This document shows positions 18,096 to 36,131 of a stretch of DNA of 40,771 bases, piece after piece (position 1 is the first letter of the stretch; the number at the start of each line of letters is the position of its first letter). The stretch is from assembly GCA_022564695.1 (NCBI GenBank), contig JADFKX010000001.1, positions 1 through 40,771 on the forward strand, given 5' to 3'. The notes under the pieces are model-generated. The model worked only from the letters and a program-made list of their open reading frames with translations, did no database searches and had not been told where the DNA came from. A program made the translations under genes and the position numbers. Source of the stretch: Chloroflexota bacterium. Its GTDB lineage: Bacteria > Chloroflexota > Dehalococcoidia > SM23-28-2 > RBG-16-64-32.

Positions 18096-18776
18096 CTAAC
18101 GTCGAGCTGGTCGTAGCTGGGCCAACATCGCCAGACCCTTACGGGTGTCGCTGGCGACCCGCGCCGGGTCGGCGTTACTCACTCGATGCTTAAATAGCCA
18201 ATATGTGAACTCGCGCAAGTCGCCCGGAGAGAGCTCGCCGCCGGAGAGTCCGCCCGCCTGACGGAACTTTTCTAACAGCTCCTGACGGGTGGCGCCGTAG
18301 ATGCGGCTACAGACCTCCTCGTCTACGTGGCCGTTCTCCCCTACCTGGCACAGCCGCTCCTTGTGCACCTCCTGAGCGACGCCTAGCTGTAGCGCCTGCT
18401 CCACCTTAACTCCGTAGAAGAAGTTAAGGTGTGCGCGGTGCTTAGCGGGCCCCAGCAGCCGACGAAACTCCTCCTCAGACACCTCCATTGGAAAGCGTCC
18501 GTGCGTCAAGAGCGCCTCGCGCTCATCCTCGGGCGTCACGTCCGCCAGCGCCTTACACAGCCGCTCCGCCAGCAGCAGCCAATCGAACGCCTCGCCGCCG
18601 ATCAAGTAGCAGTAGCGGCGGCCGTCCACCTCTTCTTCCGCCAGCGGCCACTGGCCCGCCCCCTCCAGAACCGCTGTGAACCAGTGGCGCTCACCGCTCT
18701 CCACTAACTCCCGCAGCCGGACGAGGAGATCGTCTACCTGCGGGTCACAGTCAGGGGAAGCTGCTCGACGGGGCAT
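18096..18776 (-). CDS. Hypothetical protein (226 aa), co-oriented with secA and 11 nt downstream of it
   Basis: Open frame with high third-position GC. ATG at 18776 avoids the 100-nt overlap with secA implied by the track start (18887). I recognise no family motif. Confidence 0.6.
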   Translation of the reverse strand: MPRRAASPDCDPQVDDLLVRLRELVESGERHWFTAVLEGAGQWPLAEEEVDGRRYCYLIGGEAFDWLLLAERLCKALADVTPEDEREALLTHGRFPMEVSEEEFRRLLGPAKHRAHLNFFYGVKVEQALQLGVAQEVHKERLCQVGENGHVDEEVCSRIYGATRQELLEKFRQAGGLSGGELSPGDLREFTYWLFKHRVSNADPARVASDTRKGLAMLAQLRPARR

Positions 18777-18786
18777 CGTTCCAACC

Positions 18787-21618
<2,832 letters not shown>

Positions 21619-21727
21619 TTTTCTATCTGCACACCTTCCAGCTCTATCTGTACGACGTGCCCGTAAAGGGCATCGTTTCAATCATAGCAGCTTCGGTGCA
21701 GTGGAGAGGGCAGTGTGTGGCCGCCTA

Positions 21728-22723
21728 CTATTCGTCGAACAGGGCGCCCACGGACTGGCCGGTGTGGATGCGCCGGATCGCCTCCCCCAGCAGAGGAGCC
21801 ACGGAGATTATCTTGAACTTCGGCAGCCGCTTCTCCGGCGATAGTGGGATCGTGTCCGTGAACACCAGCTCCTTGATGGGCGATTTCTCCAGCCGCTCCA
21901 CGGCCGGTCCGGACAGGATAGGGTGCGTGGCGGCAGCGTAGACCTCCTTCGCACCGTTACGCAGCACCATCTCCGCCGTGGCAACCAGAGTGGCGGCAGT
22001 GTCCACCTCATCGTCGACTATCAGGGCGTTCCTGCCCTTCACCTCACCGATGATGCTCACCGCCTCCACCTTCTCCTGGTTGCCGATTCGCTTCTTTTCG
22101 ACTATGGCGATAGGCGCGCCGAGCCGATCAGCCATGTGGCCTGCCCTCTTAGCGTCTCCTACATCAGTGGCCACCACGGTGAGATCTCTGAGTTTCTTGT
22201 CGCGGAAGTGGTTGGCCAGCAAGGAGAGCGCGGTTAACTCGTCCACCGGGATGTTGAAGAAGCCCTGCACCTGGCCGGCGTGGAGATCGACCGTCAGCAG
22301 ACGGTCCGCCCCCGCCGTTTCGATAAAGTTGGCGATCAGGCGGGCGGTGATCGGTACCCGTGGCTGGTCTTTCTTATCGCTGCGGCCATAGCCGTAGTAA
22401 GGGACCACCGCTGTGATGCGGCCCGCGGAGGCCCGCTTTGCGGCGTCTATCATGATGAACAGCTCCATCAGCCGCGTGTTCACTGGAAAGGCGATTGGCT
22501 GGACCAGAAAAACGTCGCGGGCGCGGATGTTCTCCAGAAAACGGACGAAGATGTTCTCGTTGCTGAACTCGAACACCTCGCACTGGCCTAAGGACTTCTC
22601 CAGGTACTCACAGATACTGCCAGCCAACGCCGGGTGGGCGTTGCCCGTGAACACCTTTAGCTCTTGATAAAGAGGTGTTTCTATCACCGATGCGAGTGTA
22701 AGCGCTTCCGCGGCCCGTGACAA
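21728..22723 (-). CDS. prs: Ribose-phosphate pyrophosphokinase
   Basis: Motifs LKVFTGNAHPALA, VVPYYGYGRSDKKD, DLHAGQVQGFF and the PRPP loop ALIVDDEVDTAATL. Start is uncertain (TTG 22723 or GTG 22687). Confidence 0.92.
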   Translation of the reverse strand: MSRAAEALTLASVIETPLYQELKVFTGNAHPALAGSICEYLEKSLGQCEVFEFSNENIFVRFLENIRARDVFLVQPIAFPVNTRLMELFIMIDAAKRASAGRITAVVPYYGYGRSDKKDQPRVPITARLIANFIETAGADRLLTVDLHAGQVQGFFNIPVDELTALSLLANHFRDKKLRDLTVVATDVGDAKRAGHMADRLGAPIAIVEKKRIGNQEKVEAVSIIGEVKGRNALIVDDEVDTAATLVATAEMVLRNGAKEVYAAATHPILSGPAVERLEKSPIKELVFTDTIPLSPEKRLPKFKIISVAPLLGEAIRRIHTGQSVGALFDE

Positions 22724-22741
22724 CCGCTTCCCCAGCCCCGA

Positions 22742-22770
22742 TTGACCCTCAAGATGCGCTCAGATACTCT
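22742..22770 (+). promoter_or_regulatory. Sigma-70-type promoter for the EamA-family gene
   Basis: TTGACC (22742-22747), a 17-nt spacer, then TACTCT (22765-22770). It lies inside the 5' part of the track ORF 22717..23751, which argues for a later start. Confidence 0.45.
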
Positions 22771-22830
22771 AAAGGATACACGCACCTGTTCTCGCCGGTC
22801 GCATCCTGGAGCCCTTTAGCCCTATCTGAC

Positions 22831-23751
22831 GTGACACCTAAGGCATTACTCGCTCTTCTGTCGCTGGGCGCCATCTGGGGCGCCTCGTTCCTGTTCATCA
22901 AGGTGATCGTGGATGAGACGTCGTCCCTGGAGGTGGCAGAGGGACGCATGTTCTTCGGCGCTCTGGCCGTTGGCGTGGTGATCGCGATACGAAAGATGCC
23001 CCTTAGCCGTCCACCCGCCCTCTGGCTCAAGGTAGCGGTTTGGGCGCTAGTTGGCATAGTGGTCCCGTTCATCCTCATCGCCTGGGCGGAGGAGCATATC
23101 GACAGCGGCACCGCATCCGTCCTGAACTCCAGCATGCCGCTGTTCACGGTGCTGTTCGCCGCCATTTTCCTCATCGAAGAGCGGCTCACGCCGGCCCGCG
23201 TAGCCGGCCTCGGCATCGGCTTCGTGGGAGTCATCGTCCTCACCGGCGGCGACGTCTACGACCTCCGCGATTCCACCGTTCTGGGCCAGCTGGCGGTGGT
23301 GGTCGCGGCCGCTTGCTACGGCGCCGGCGCCGTCTACGCCCGCAGTCTGCTCAAGGAGGAGGACCCTGTAAGCCTGACTGGCGGCCAGCTTGTGCTGGGA
23401 ACCGTGATGGTGCTGCCGCTCATGCTGGCAGTACGGGGCACGCCGGACTACTCGCTGAGCGTGGAGGCCTGGCTCTCCCTCCTGGCCCTCGGCGTGTTGG
23501 GGACCGGGATAGCCATCATCATCTATCTGTGGCTGGTGGACAACGTCGGCAGCGTCCGCAGCTCACTGGTAACCTACATCATCCCCATTATAGGGTTGTT
23601 TCTGGGCTGGGCCGTGCTGGACGAATCGATAGGCATAAACACAGTCCTGGGCTGCGCCCTCATCATCGCCGGCGTCGCCGCCGTCATGCGCGGTCAGGCG
23701 CCGTCCAGCCAGCGGTTACCGGTAGCCGCCGACGCGACCGCTGCGGATTGA
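22831..23751 (+). CDS. EamA/DMT-superfamily transporter (10-TM drug/metabolite exporter family)
   Basis: Two tandem EamA-like 5-TM halves. The first TM begins at KALLALLSLGAIWGASFLFI. In-frame GTG at 22831 is preferred, because the track start at 22717 overlaps the divergent prs start and the predicted promoter. The 5' end is uncertain. Confidence 0.85.
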   Translation: MTPKALLALLSLGAIWGASFLFIKVIVDETSSLEVAEGRMFFGALAVGVVIAIRKMPLSRPPALWLKVAVWALVGIVVPFILIAWAEEHIDSGTASVLNSSMPLFTVLFAAIFLIEERLTPARVAGLGIGFVGVIVLTGGDVYDLRDSTVLGQLAVVVAAACYGAGAVYARSLLKEEDPVSLTGGQLVLGTVMVLPLMLAVRGTPDYSLSVEAWLSLLALGVLGTGIAIIIYLWLVDNVGSVRSSLVTYIIPIIGLFLGWAVLDESIGINTVLGCALIIAGVAAVMRGQAPSSQRLPVAADATAAD

Positions 23752-23775
23752 GCCGGACCGGGTGGATTTTCAACG

Positions 23776-23804
23776 TTGACATCCCTCCAGGCCGGTGCTA
23801 CACT
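23776..23804 (+). promoter_or_regulatory. Sigma-70-type promoter for rpoBC
   Basis: TTGACA (23776-23781), a 17-nt spacer, then TACACT (23799-23804), about 120 nt upstream of the rpoB ATG (SD GAGGAG). Confidence 0.6.
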
Positions 23805-23928
23805 AGCTATTCGATGGCCGGTTTGTGTCCCCCATCATTCGCATCCCCATTTGATCTACGTCGATAGGTATCGTCTGCCTTCTGCTCGCAAGAGACTTGC
23901 CTAATTTCCTTTTGAGGAGTGCTTCCGC

Positions 23929-32263
<8,335 letters not shown>

Positions 32264-32382
32264 ACAACCCGTCACGGACCGACTGGCTAAGCCCCCGGAG
32301 CGTATCTCTAGGCCCCGGTGACGAATACGAACAGGTAGGTGTCCTCCTGAGCAGCGACATCTCCGGCTTCAGCCCACGCGCC

Positions 32383-32568
32383 GTGCTCTTCATGTCCGAT
32401 GAGACGGAGGCCACCGACGCCGAGAGGCTGGCAGCAACCGTGGCCGAGCCGGTGGATGTCATCGTCTACGAAGGGGACGCCGCCCATGGGGTGCAGCTCC
32501 TTGCCAACCCCCGGGCGAAGCTGGCCATCCGCGATTGGCTGGCCGCGAACCTAGCCCTCGAAGAATAG
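32383..32568 (+). CDS. Candidate small acidic protein (58-61 aa), unknown function
   Basis: ORF with about 80 percent G/C at third codon positions (my count: 50 of 61 codons), like the flanking genes. Starts at GTG 32383 or ATG 32392. No convincing SD and no family recognised. Confidence 0.3.
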   Translation: MLFMSDETEATDAERLAATVAEPVDVIVYEGDAAHGVQLLANPRAKLAIRDWLAANLALEE

Positions 32569-32663
32569 TCCCCATGCAACCGCCCGGCTATCGCCACCGA
32601 AACAGCGGCGCGGAGAACGTCTCGCGAAGAGCATACCTTCGTAACCTTTCCACACAGTGCGCG

Positions 32664-32692
32664 TTGACATGTATGAGGCTACCTGCTAGCTT
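32664..32692 (+). promoter_or_regulatory. Sigma-70-type promoter driving the riboswitch leader
   Basis: TTGACA (32664-32669), a 17-nt spacer, then TAGCTT (32687-32692). The aptamer begins about 20 nt downstream. Confidence 0.55.
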
Positions 32693-32710
32693 CAAGACAA
32701 TCTAATACTG

Positions 32711-32848
32711 AAATCCGCGCCTAATCCCTGCCTCTGGCGGGGAGCGGGGGAACCACCCGCAGATGCGGGCTCCGGGGTGAATCTCGTCAAAAGCGAGTAG
32801 GCCAACTCCTTCGGCCGAACCCGTCAGCTAACCTCGCAGGCGTAGAAG
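32711..32848 (+). promoter_or_regulatory. ydaO/yuaA-type cyclic-di-AMP riboswitch aptamer
   Basis: Contains the conserved ydaO elements in the correct order: CGCGCCTAATCC..., GGGGGAACCAC, variable hairpin CCCGC-AGAT-GCGGG, GGGGTGAATC, hairpin CTCG-TCAAAAG-CGAG, TAGG, CCGAACCCGTCAGCTAACCTCGCAGGCG. Confidence 0.85.
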
Positions 32849-32872
32849 GAGAGGCTAGGTTCAAACCACTTT

Positions 32873-32903
32873 GAGGGGCGTGAGGCTAGGTCTCCCGCCC
32901 CTC
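32873..32903 (+). promoter_or_regulatory. GC-rich hairpin, probable riboswitch expression platform (terminator-like, no U-tract)
   Basis: GAGGGGCG, a 15-nt loop, then CGCCCCTC (8 perfect bp), 25 nt after the aptamer and 18 nt before ATG 32921. Confidence 0.4.
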
Positions 32904-32920
32904 TCGTCGTCCTCATACCC

Positions 32921-33556
32921 ATGGCTACGCGGGAAGGCGTCCGCATTATGACTCGACGCGAAGACGAGTCTGCCCCACCAGCGAGGCTCGGTTTCGTCTG
33001 GCGGCTGGAGTATACTCTCCTGATCGGCGTCGCCCTGCTGATGACCGCCTTCGCCATCGCCTTCTTCTATTTCGGCGCTGACACAAGCAACCTCAAGTCC
33101 TGGGGCTACGCCGGTATCTTCCTCATCAACGTGGTGGGCAGCGCCTCCATCCTCCTGCCCTCGCCGGCCGTGGCCAGCGTCGTTGGCGGCGGCGCTCTGC
33201 TCGACGATCTCCTCGGGGTGCCCGCCTTCATCTGGGTGGGCCTCGTCGCCGGCACGGGCGAGGCGCTCGGCGAGTTCACCGGCTACGCCGCTGGCTACGG
33301 CGGCCGCATCATCTTTGAGAACCGGCCGGAGTATGCGCGTGTCCAAAGATGGATGGAGCGCCGCGGCACGTTAACCATGTTTCTGCTCTCCATCTTTCCC
33401 AACCCGCTGTTCGATCTGGCCGGCGTGGCAGCGGGAGCTGTCAGGATGCCGATCCGGCGCTTCTTTCCGGCCGTACTAGCCGGAAAGATCATCAAGGATA
33501 CCTACCTGGCCGCTATCGGTGGCGTGGGCGCTTCCATCCTTACCCATCTCGTCTAG
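32921..33556 (+). CDS. YqaA-like / DedA-superfamily (VTT/SNARE-associated domain) membrane protein
   Basis: 211 aa, multi-TM, with the family-typical ..GEFTGYAAGYGG.. and ..FPNPLFDLAGVAAGAVRMPIRRFFPAVLAGKIIKD.. segments. Alternative start ATG 32948 is preceded by GGGAAGG. Confidence 0.85.
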   Translation: MATREGVRIMTRREDESAPPARLGFVWRLEYTLLIGVALLMTAFAIAFFYFGADTSNLKSWGYAGIFLINVVGSASILLPSPAVASVVGGGALLDDLLGVPAFIWVGLVAGTGEALGEFTGYAAGYGGRIIFENRPEYARVQRWMERRGTLTMFLLSIFPNPLFDLAGVAAGAVRMPIRRFFPAVLAGKIIKDTYLAAIGGVGASILTHLV

Positions 33557-33569
33557 CAAACTGCTAACT

Positions 33570-33599
33570 TTGACAGCCAATTTTGGCACGCAGTATACT
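33570..33599 (+). promoter_or_regulatory. Sigma-70-type promoter for yacL-ispD-ispF(-cysE-cysS)
   Basis: TTGACA (33570-33575), an 18-nt spacer, then TATACT (33594-33599), leaving a ~110-nt leader before ATG 33716. Confidence 0.6.
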
Positions 33600-33715
33600 C
33601 CAGCCAGGTTGAGCCACGCCGATGGCCAGCGCTGGTCCAAAGCTGTCTTAACTGAGGAGAGGACTCCCATTGAGGCGTGTCCCTCCGCCCAGGTGGGGTG
33701 GGGAGCAATTATCGG

Positions 33716-34771
33716 ATGACCGAAAACCTGACCGTCGTAGTCCGCGTCCTGGGCGCGATCTTCTTCGGTTTCCTCGGCTTGTACTCCGGCCTGGCTCTGG
33801 CCGAGGGTGATAGCGGACTGACACGCGTCCTGTTCTTGGTGGCAACGCCCGTGGGTTTCATTCTTTTCGGTACGTTGGTAACTCCCTTCATCATCATGTC
33901 CCCCCTCCAGAGGCTCCAAGAGTGGTCCAACACCATCCCGCCCCTGCAACTTGTTCTGGGCGCAATCGGCCTGTTTGCCGGGTTCCTGCTGGGCGCCTTG
34001 TCCACCCCCTTCCTTATCACCCTGCCGGGCGTCGGCGCCTGGGTTGCGCCTTTCGTCGTGAGCTTCCTATTCGGGCTGATCGGCGTTGTCGTTATGATCG
34101 GCCGCGAAGAGGAGTTAGCCGGCTTCCTCTCCCGCTACCTGCCGGGCGCAGCCAAATCCAACAACGGACGCCCCCGTGAGATCATCGTCGACACCAGCGT
34201 CATCATCGACGGACGCATCGCCGACGTGGCGATGACCGGCTTCCTCCAGGGCACCCTTATCGTCCCCCGCTTCATCCTTGATGAGCTCCGCCACGTTGCC
34301 GATTCGCAGGAGACCCTGCGACGCAACCGCGGCCGCCGCGGGCTGGATATGCTCAACCGGCTCCAGAAGGAGGCGCCTATCCCCGTACTGGTCAGCGAAG
34401 AGGACTTCCCTGACGCCCGCGACGCGGACGCCAAGCTCATCCGGCTGGCCATCAAACTCAAGGCGCCAATCCTCACCAATGACTTCAACCTGAACCGCAT
34501 CGCCGAACTGGAGGACGTCAAGGTGCTGAACATCAACGACCTGGCCAACGCTGTTAAGGTCGTCATCCTACCCGGCGAGGAGATGGCCGTGCACATCATC
34601 CAGGAGGGGAAAGAGGCAGGCCAGGGCGTCGGCTTCCTAGACGACGGCACTATGGTCGTCGTCGAAGGCGGCCGCCGCTATCTCAACGAGAAGATTGACG
34701 TCATAGTCACCCGCATCCTACAGACCGTAGCTGGGAGGATGATCTTCGCCCAGCCCAAGGGCGCCGCCTAG
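33716..34771 (+). CDS. yacL: Membrane-anchored PIN + TRAM domain protein (YacL family)
   Basis: N-terminal 4 TM segments; PIN region (IVDTSVIIDGRI ... DAKLIRLA ... ILTNDFNLN); C-terminal TRAM-like beta region (GQGVGFLDDGTMVVVEGG). Conserved position upstream of ispD-ispF. ATG 33716 is preferred over the track's GTG 33677. Confidence 0.9.
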   Translation: MTENLTVVVRVLGAIFFGFLGLYSGLALAEGDSGLTRVLFLVATPVGFILFGTLVTPFIIMSPLQRLQEWSNTIPPLQLVLGAIGLFAGFLLGALSTPFLITLPGVGAWVAPFVVSFLFGLIGVVVMIGREEELAGFLSRYLPGAAKSNNGRPREIIVDTSVIIDGRIADVAMTGFLQGTLIVPRFILDELRHVADSQETLRRNRGRRGLDMLNRLQKEAPIPVLVSEEDFPDARDADAKLIRLAIKLKAPILTNDFNLNRIAELEDVKVLNINDLANAVKVVILPGEEMAVHIIQEGKEAGQGVGFLDDGTMVVVEGGRRYLNEKIDVIVTRILQTVAGRMIFAQPKGAA

Positions 34772-34778
34772 GCCTATC

Positions 34779-35465
34779 GTGAGCGCTCTCTCATCCGCAA
34801 GCGCCATCGTCGTTGCCGCCGGCAGCAGCGCCCGCATGCGTGGCGCCGATAAGCTGTTCGCCCCACTGGCCGGACGCCCCCTCCTGGCCCACGTCTTGTC
34901 CCGCTTCCAGGAGTCGCCTGCCGTGAACCGTATCGCGCTCGTCCTCTCGTCCGAGAATCTTGAACGGGGCCGTGATCTGGCGGCCGAGTACGGCATGACC
35001 AAGATCTCCCCCATCTGCCTGGGCGGGCCCCGCCGCCAGGACTCCGTCCGCCTGGGACTAGAGGCCCTTGGCGAATGCGATTGGGTGCTCGTGCATGACG
35101 GCGCCCGTCTACTCGTCAACCCGCTCATATCGGAAGGGCTGGAGGCGGCGCAAGAGACCGGCGCCGCCGTCCCCGCCGTGCCCATCACCGACACCGTCAA
35201 GTCGGCCGGCCCGGACGGGACCGTGGAACGCACGCTGGACCGCAGCCGCCTCTGGGCCGCCCAGACCCCGCAGGTCTTTCGCTATGATCTCCTGCTCCGC
35301 GCCCACCGGGAGATCACCGCCGATGTGACGGACGACGCCGCCATGCTGGAGGCGCTGGGCCTGCCGGTCAAGCTATACTTGGGCTCACCCTTGAACATCA
35401 AGGTGACCAACCTGGAAGACCTCCGCACGGCGGAAGCGCTACTGGAGGGCGCGACAAGCCCATGA
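34779..35465 (+). CDS. ispD: 2-C-methyl-D-erythritol 4-phosphate cytidylyltransferase
   Basis: 228 aa. N-terminal AIVVAAGSSARMRGADKLF nucleotide-binding motif and ..TDTVK.. / ..QTPQVF.. motifs. GTG start. Confidence 0.93.
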   Translation: MSALSSASAIVVAAGSSARMRGADKLFAPLAGRPLLAHVLSRFQESPAVNRIALVLSSENLERGRDLAAEYGMTKISPICLGGPRRQDSVRLGLEALGECDWVLVHDGARLLVNPLISEGLEAAQETGAAVPAVPITDTVKSAGPDGTVERTLDRSRLWAAQTPQVFRYDLLLRAHREITADVTDDAAMLEALGLPVKLYLGSPLNIKVTNLEDLRTAEALLEGATSP

Positions 35466-35495
35466 GCCATCACCCCTAACCTATCGCAGATCGAC

Positions 35496-35975
35496 ATGCG
35501 TATCGGCATCGGCTATGATATACACCGCTTCCAGGAGGGGAGACCCCTCGTCCTGGGAGGCCTGACGCTGCCCGGGGAGACCGGCCTCGGCGGCCACAGT
35601 GACGCCGATGTTCTCCTCCACGCCGTGATCGACGCTCTCCTGGGCGCCGCTGGTCTGGGTGACATCGGCCAGCGCTATCCGCCGGACGACCCCGCTTGGG
35701 CGGGCGCCGACAGCCGCCTCCTCCTGATCGAGGTTAAAGCCGCGGTGGAGGAGGCCGGATACCGTCCGGAGAACGTGGACGCCACGGTCATCGCCGAGCG
35801 GCCCAAGCTTGGCCCGCACCTGTCGCAGATGCGACAGGTGATTGGCGAAGCGCTGGGGCTGGACGCGGGCCGAGTCAACGTCAAGGCCACCACGAACGAG
35901 GGGATCGGCGCCATAGGCAGCGGCGAAGGCATCGCCGCCATCGCCGTAGCGCTCCTGGGAGAAGCGGAGCGATGA
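35496..35975 (+). CDS. ispF: 2-C-methyl-D-erythritol 2,4-cyclodiphosphate synthase
   Basis: 159 aa with MRIGIGYDIHRF, GHSDADVLLHAVIDALLGA and ..AERPKL.. motifs. Confidence 0.95.
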   Translation: MRIGIGYDIHRFQEGRPLVLGGLTLPGETGLGGHSDADVLLHAVIDALLGAAGLGDIGQRYPPDDPAWAGADSRLLLIEVKAAVEEAGYRPENVDATVIAERPKLGPHLSQMRQVIGEALGLDAGRVNVKATTNEGIGAIGSGEGIAAIAVALLGEAER

Positions 35976-36060
35976 TAGAACGGCAGCGTCAGCAACCACC
36001 ATCCCTCAGCGAGGGGCCGGGCCTCCGTCCCAGCGCCGCCCTGCGCTGCGCCTGTAATGA

Positions 36061-36084
36061 GGCCTCGACATCACAGTCGAGGCC
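36061..36084 (+). other. Perfect 9-bp hairpin in the ispF-cysE spacer
   Basis: GGCCTCGAC-ATCACA-GTCGAGGCC with no following U-tract. A second 6-bp hairpin, CAGCGC-CGCCCT-GCGCTG, lies at 36031-36048. Confidence 0.4.
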
Positions 36085-36131
36085 GGCAGCAGCGAACACC
36101 TTCGTACACCCCGGAAAAGGACGGACGGCCA

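Noticed and set aside
21619-21681. Track start (TTG 21681) for secA; and similarly 36057 for cysE and 33677 for yacL.
   Set aside because: The added N-terminal residues are Arg-rich and atypical for the families. In each case an internal ATG yields the canonical family N-terminus.
21619-21727. Independent promoter for secA in the prs-secA spacer.
   Set aside because: No -35/-10 pair with acceptable spacing was found (TTGAAA and TACAGA are 23 nt apart). secA is probably co-transcribed with prs.
35976-36131. T-box riboswitch upstream of cysE, expected from the Bacillus paradigm.
   Set aside because: The spacer is only 156 nt. It lacks the conserved T-box sequence, AGAGA/GNUGGA-type elements and a terminator/antiterminator pair. 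Only two simple hairpins are present.
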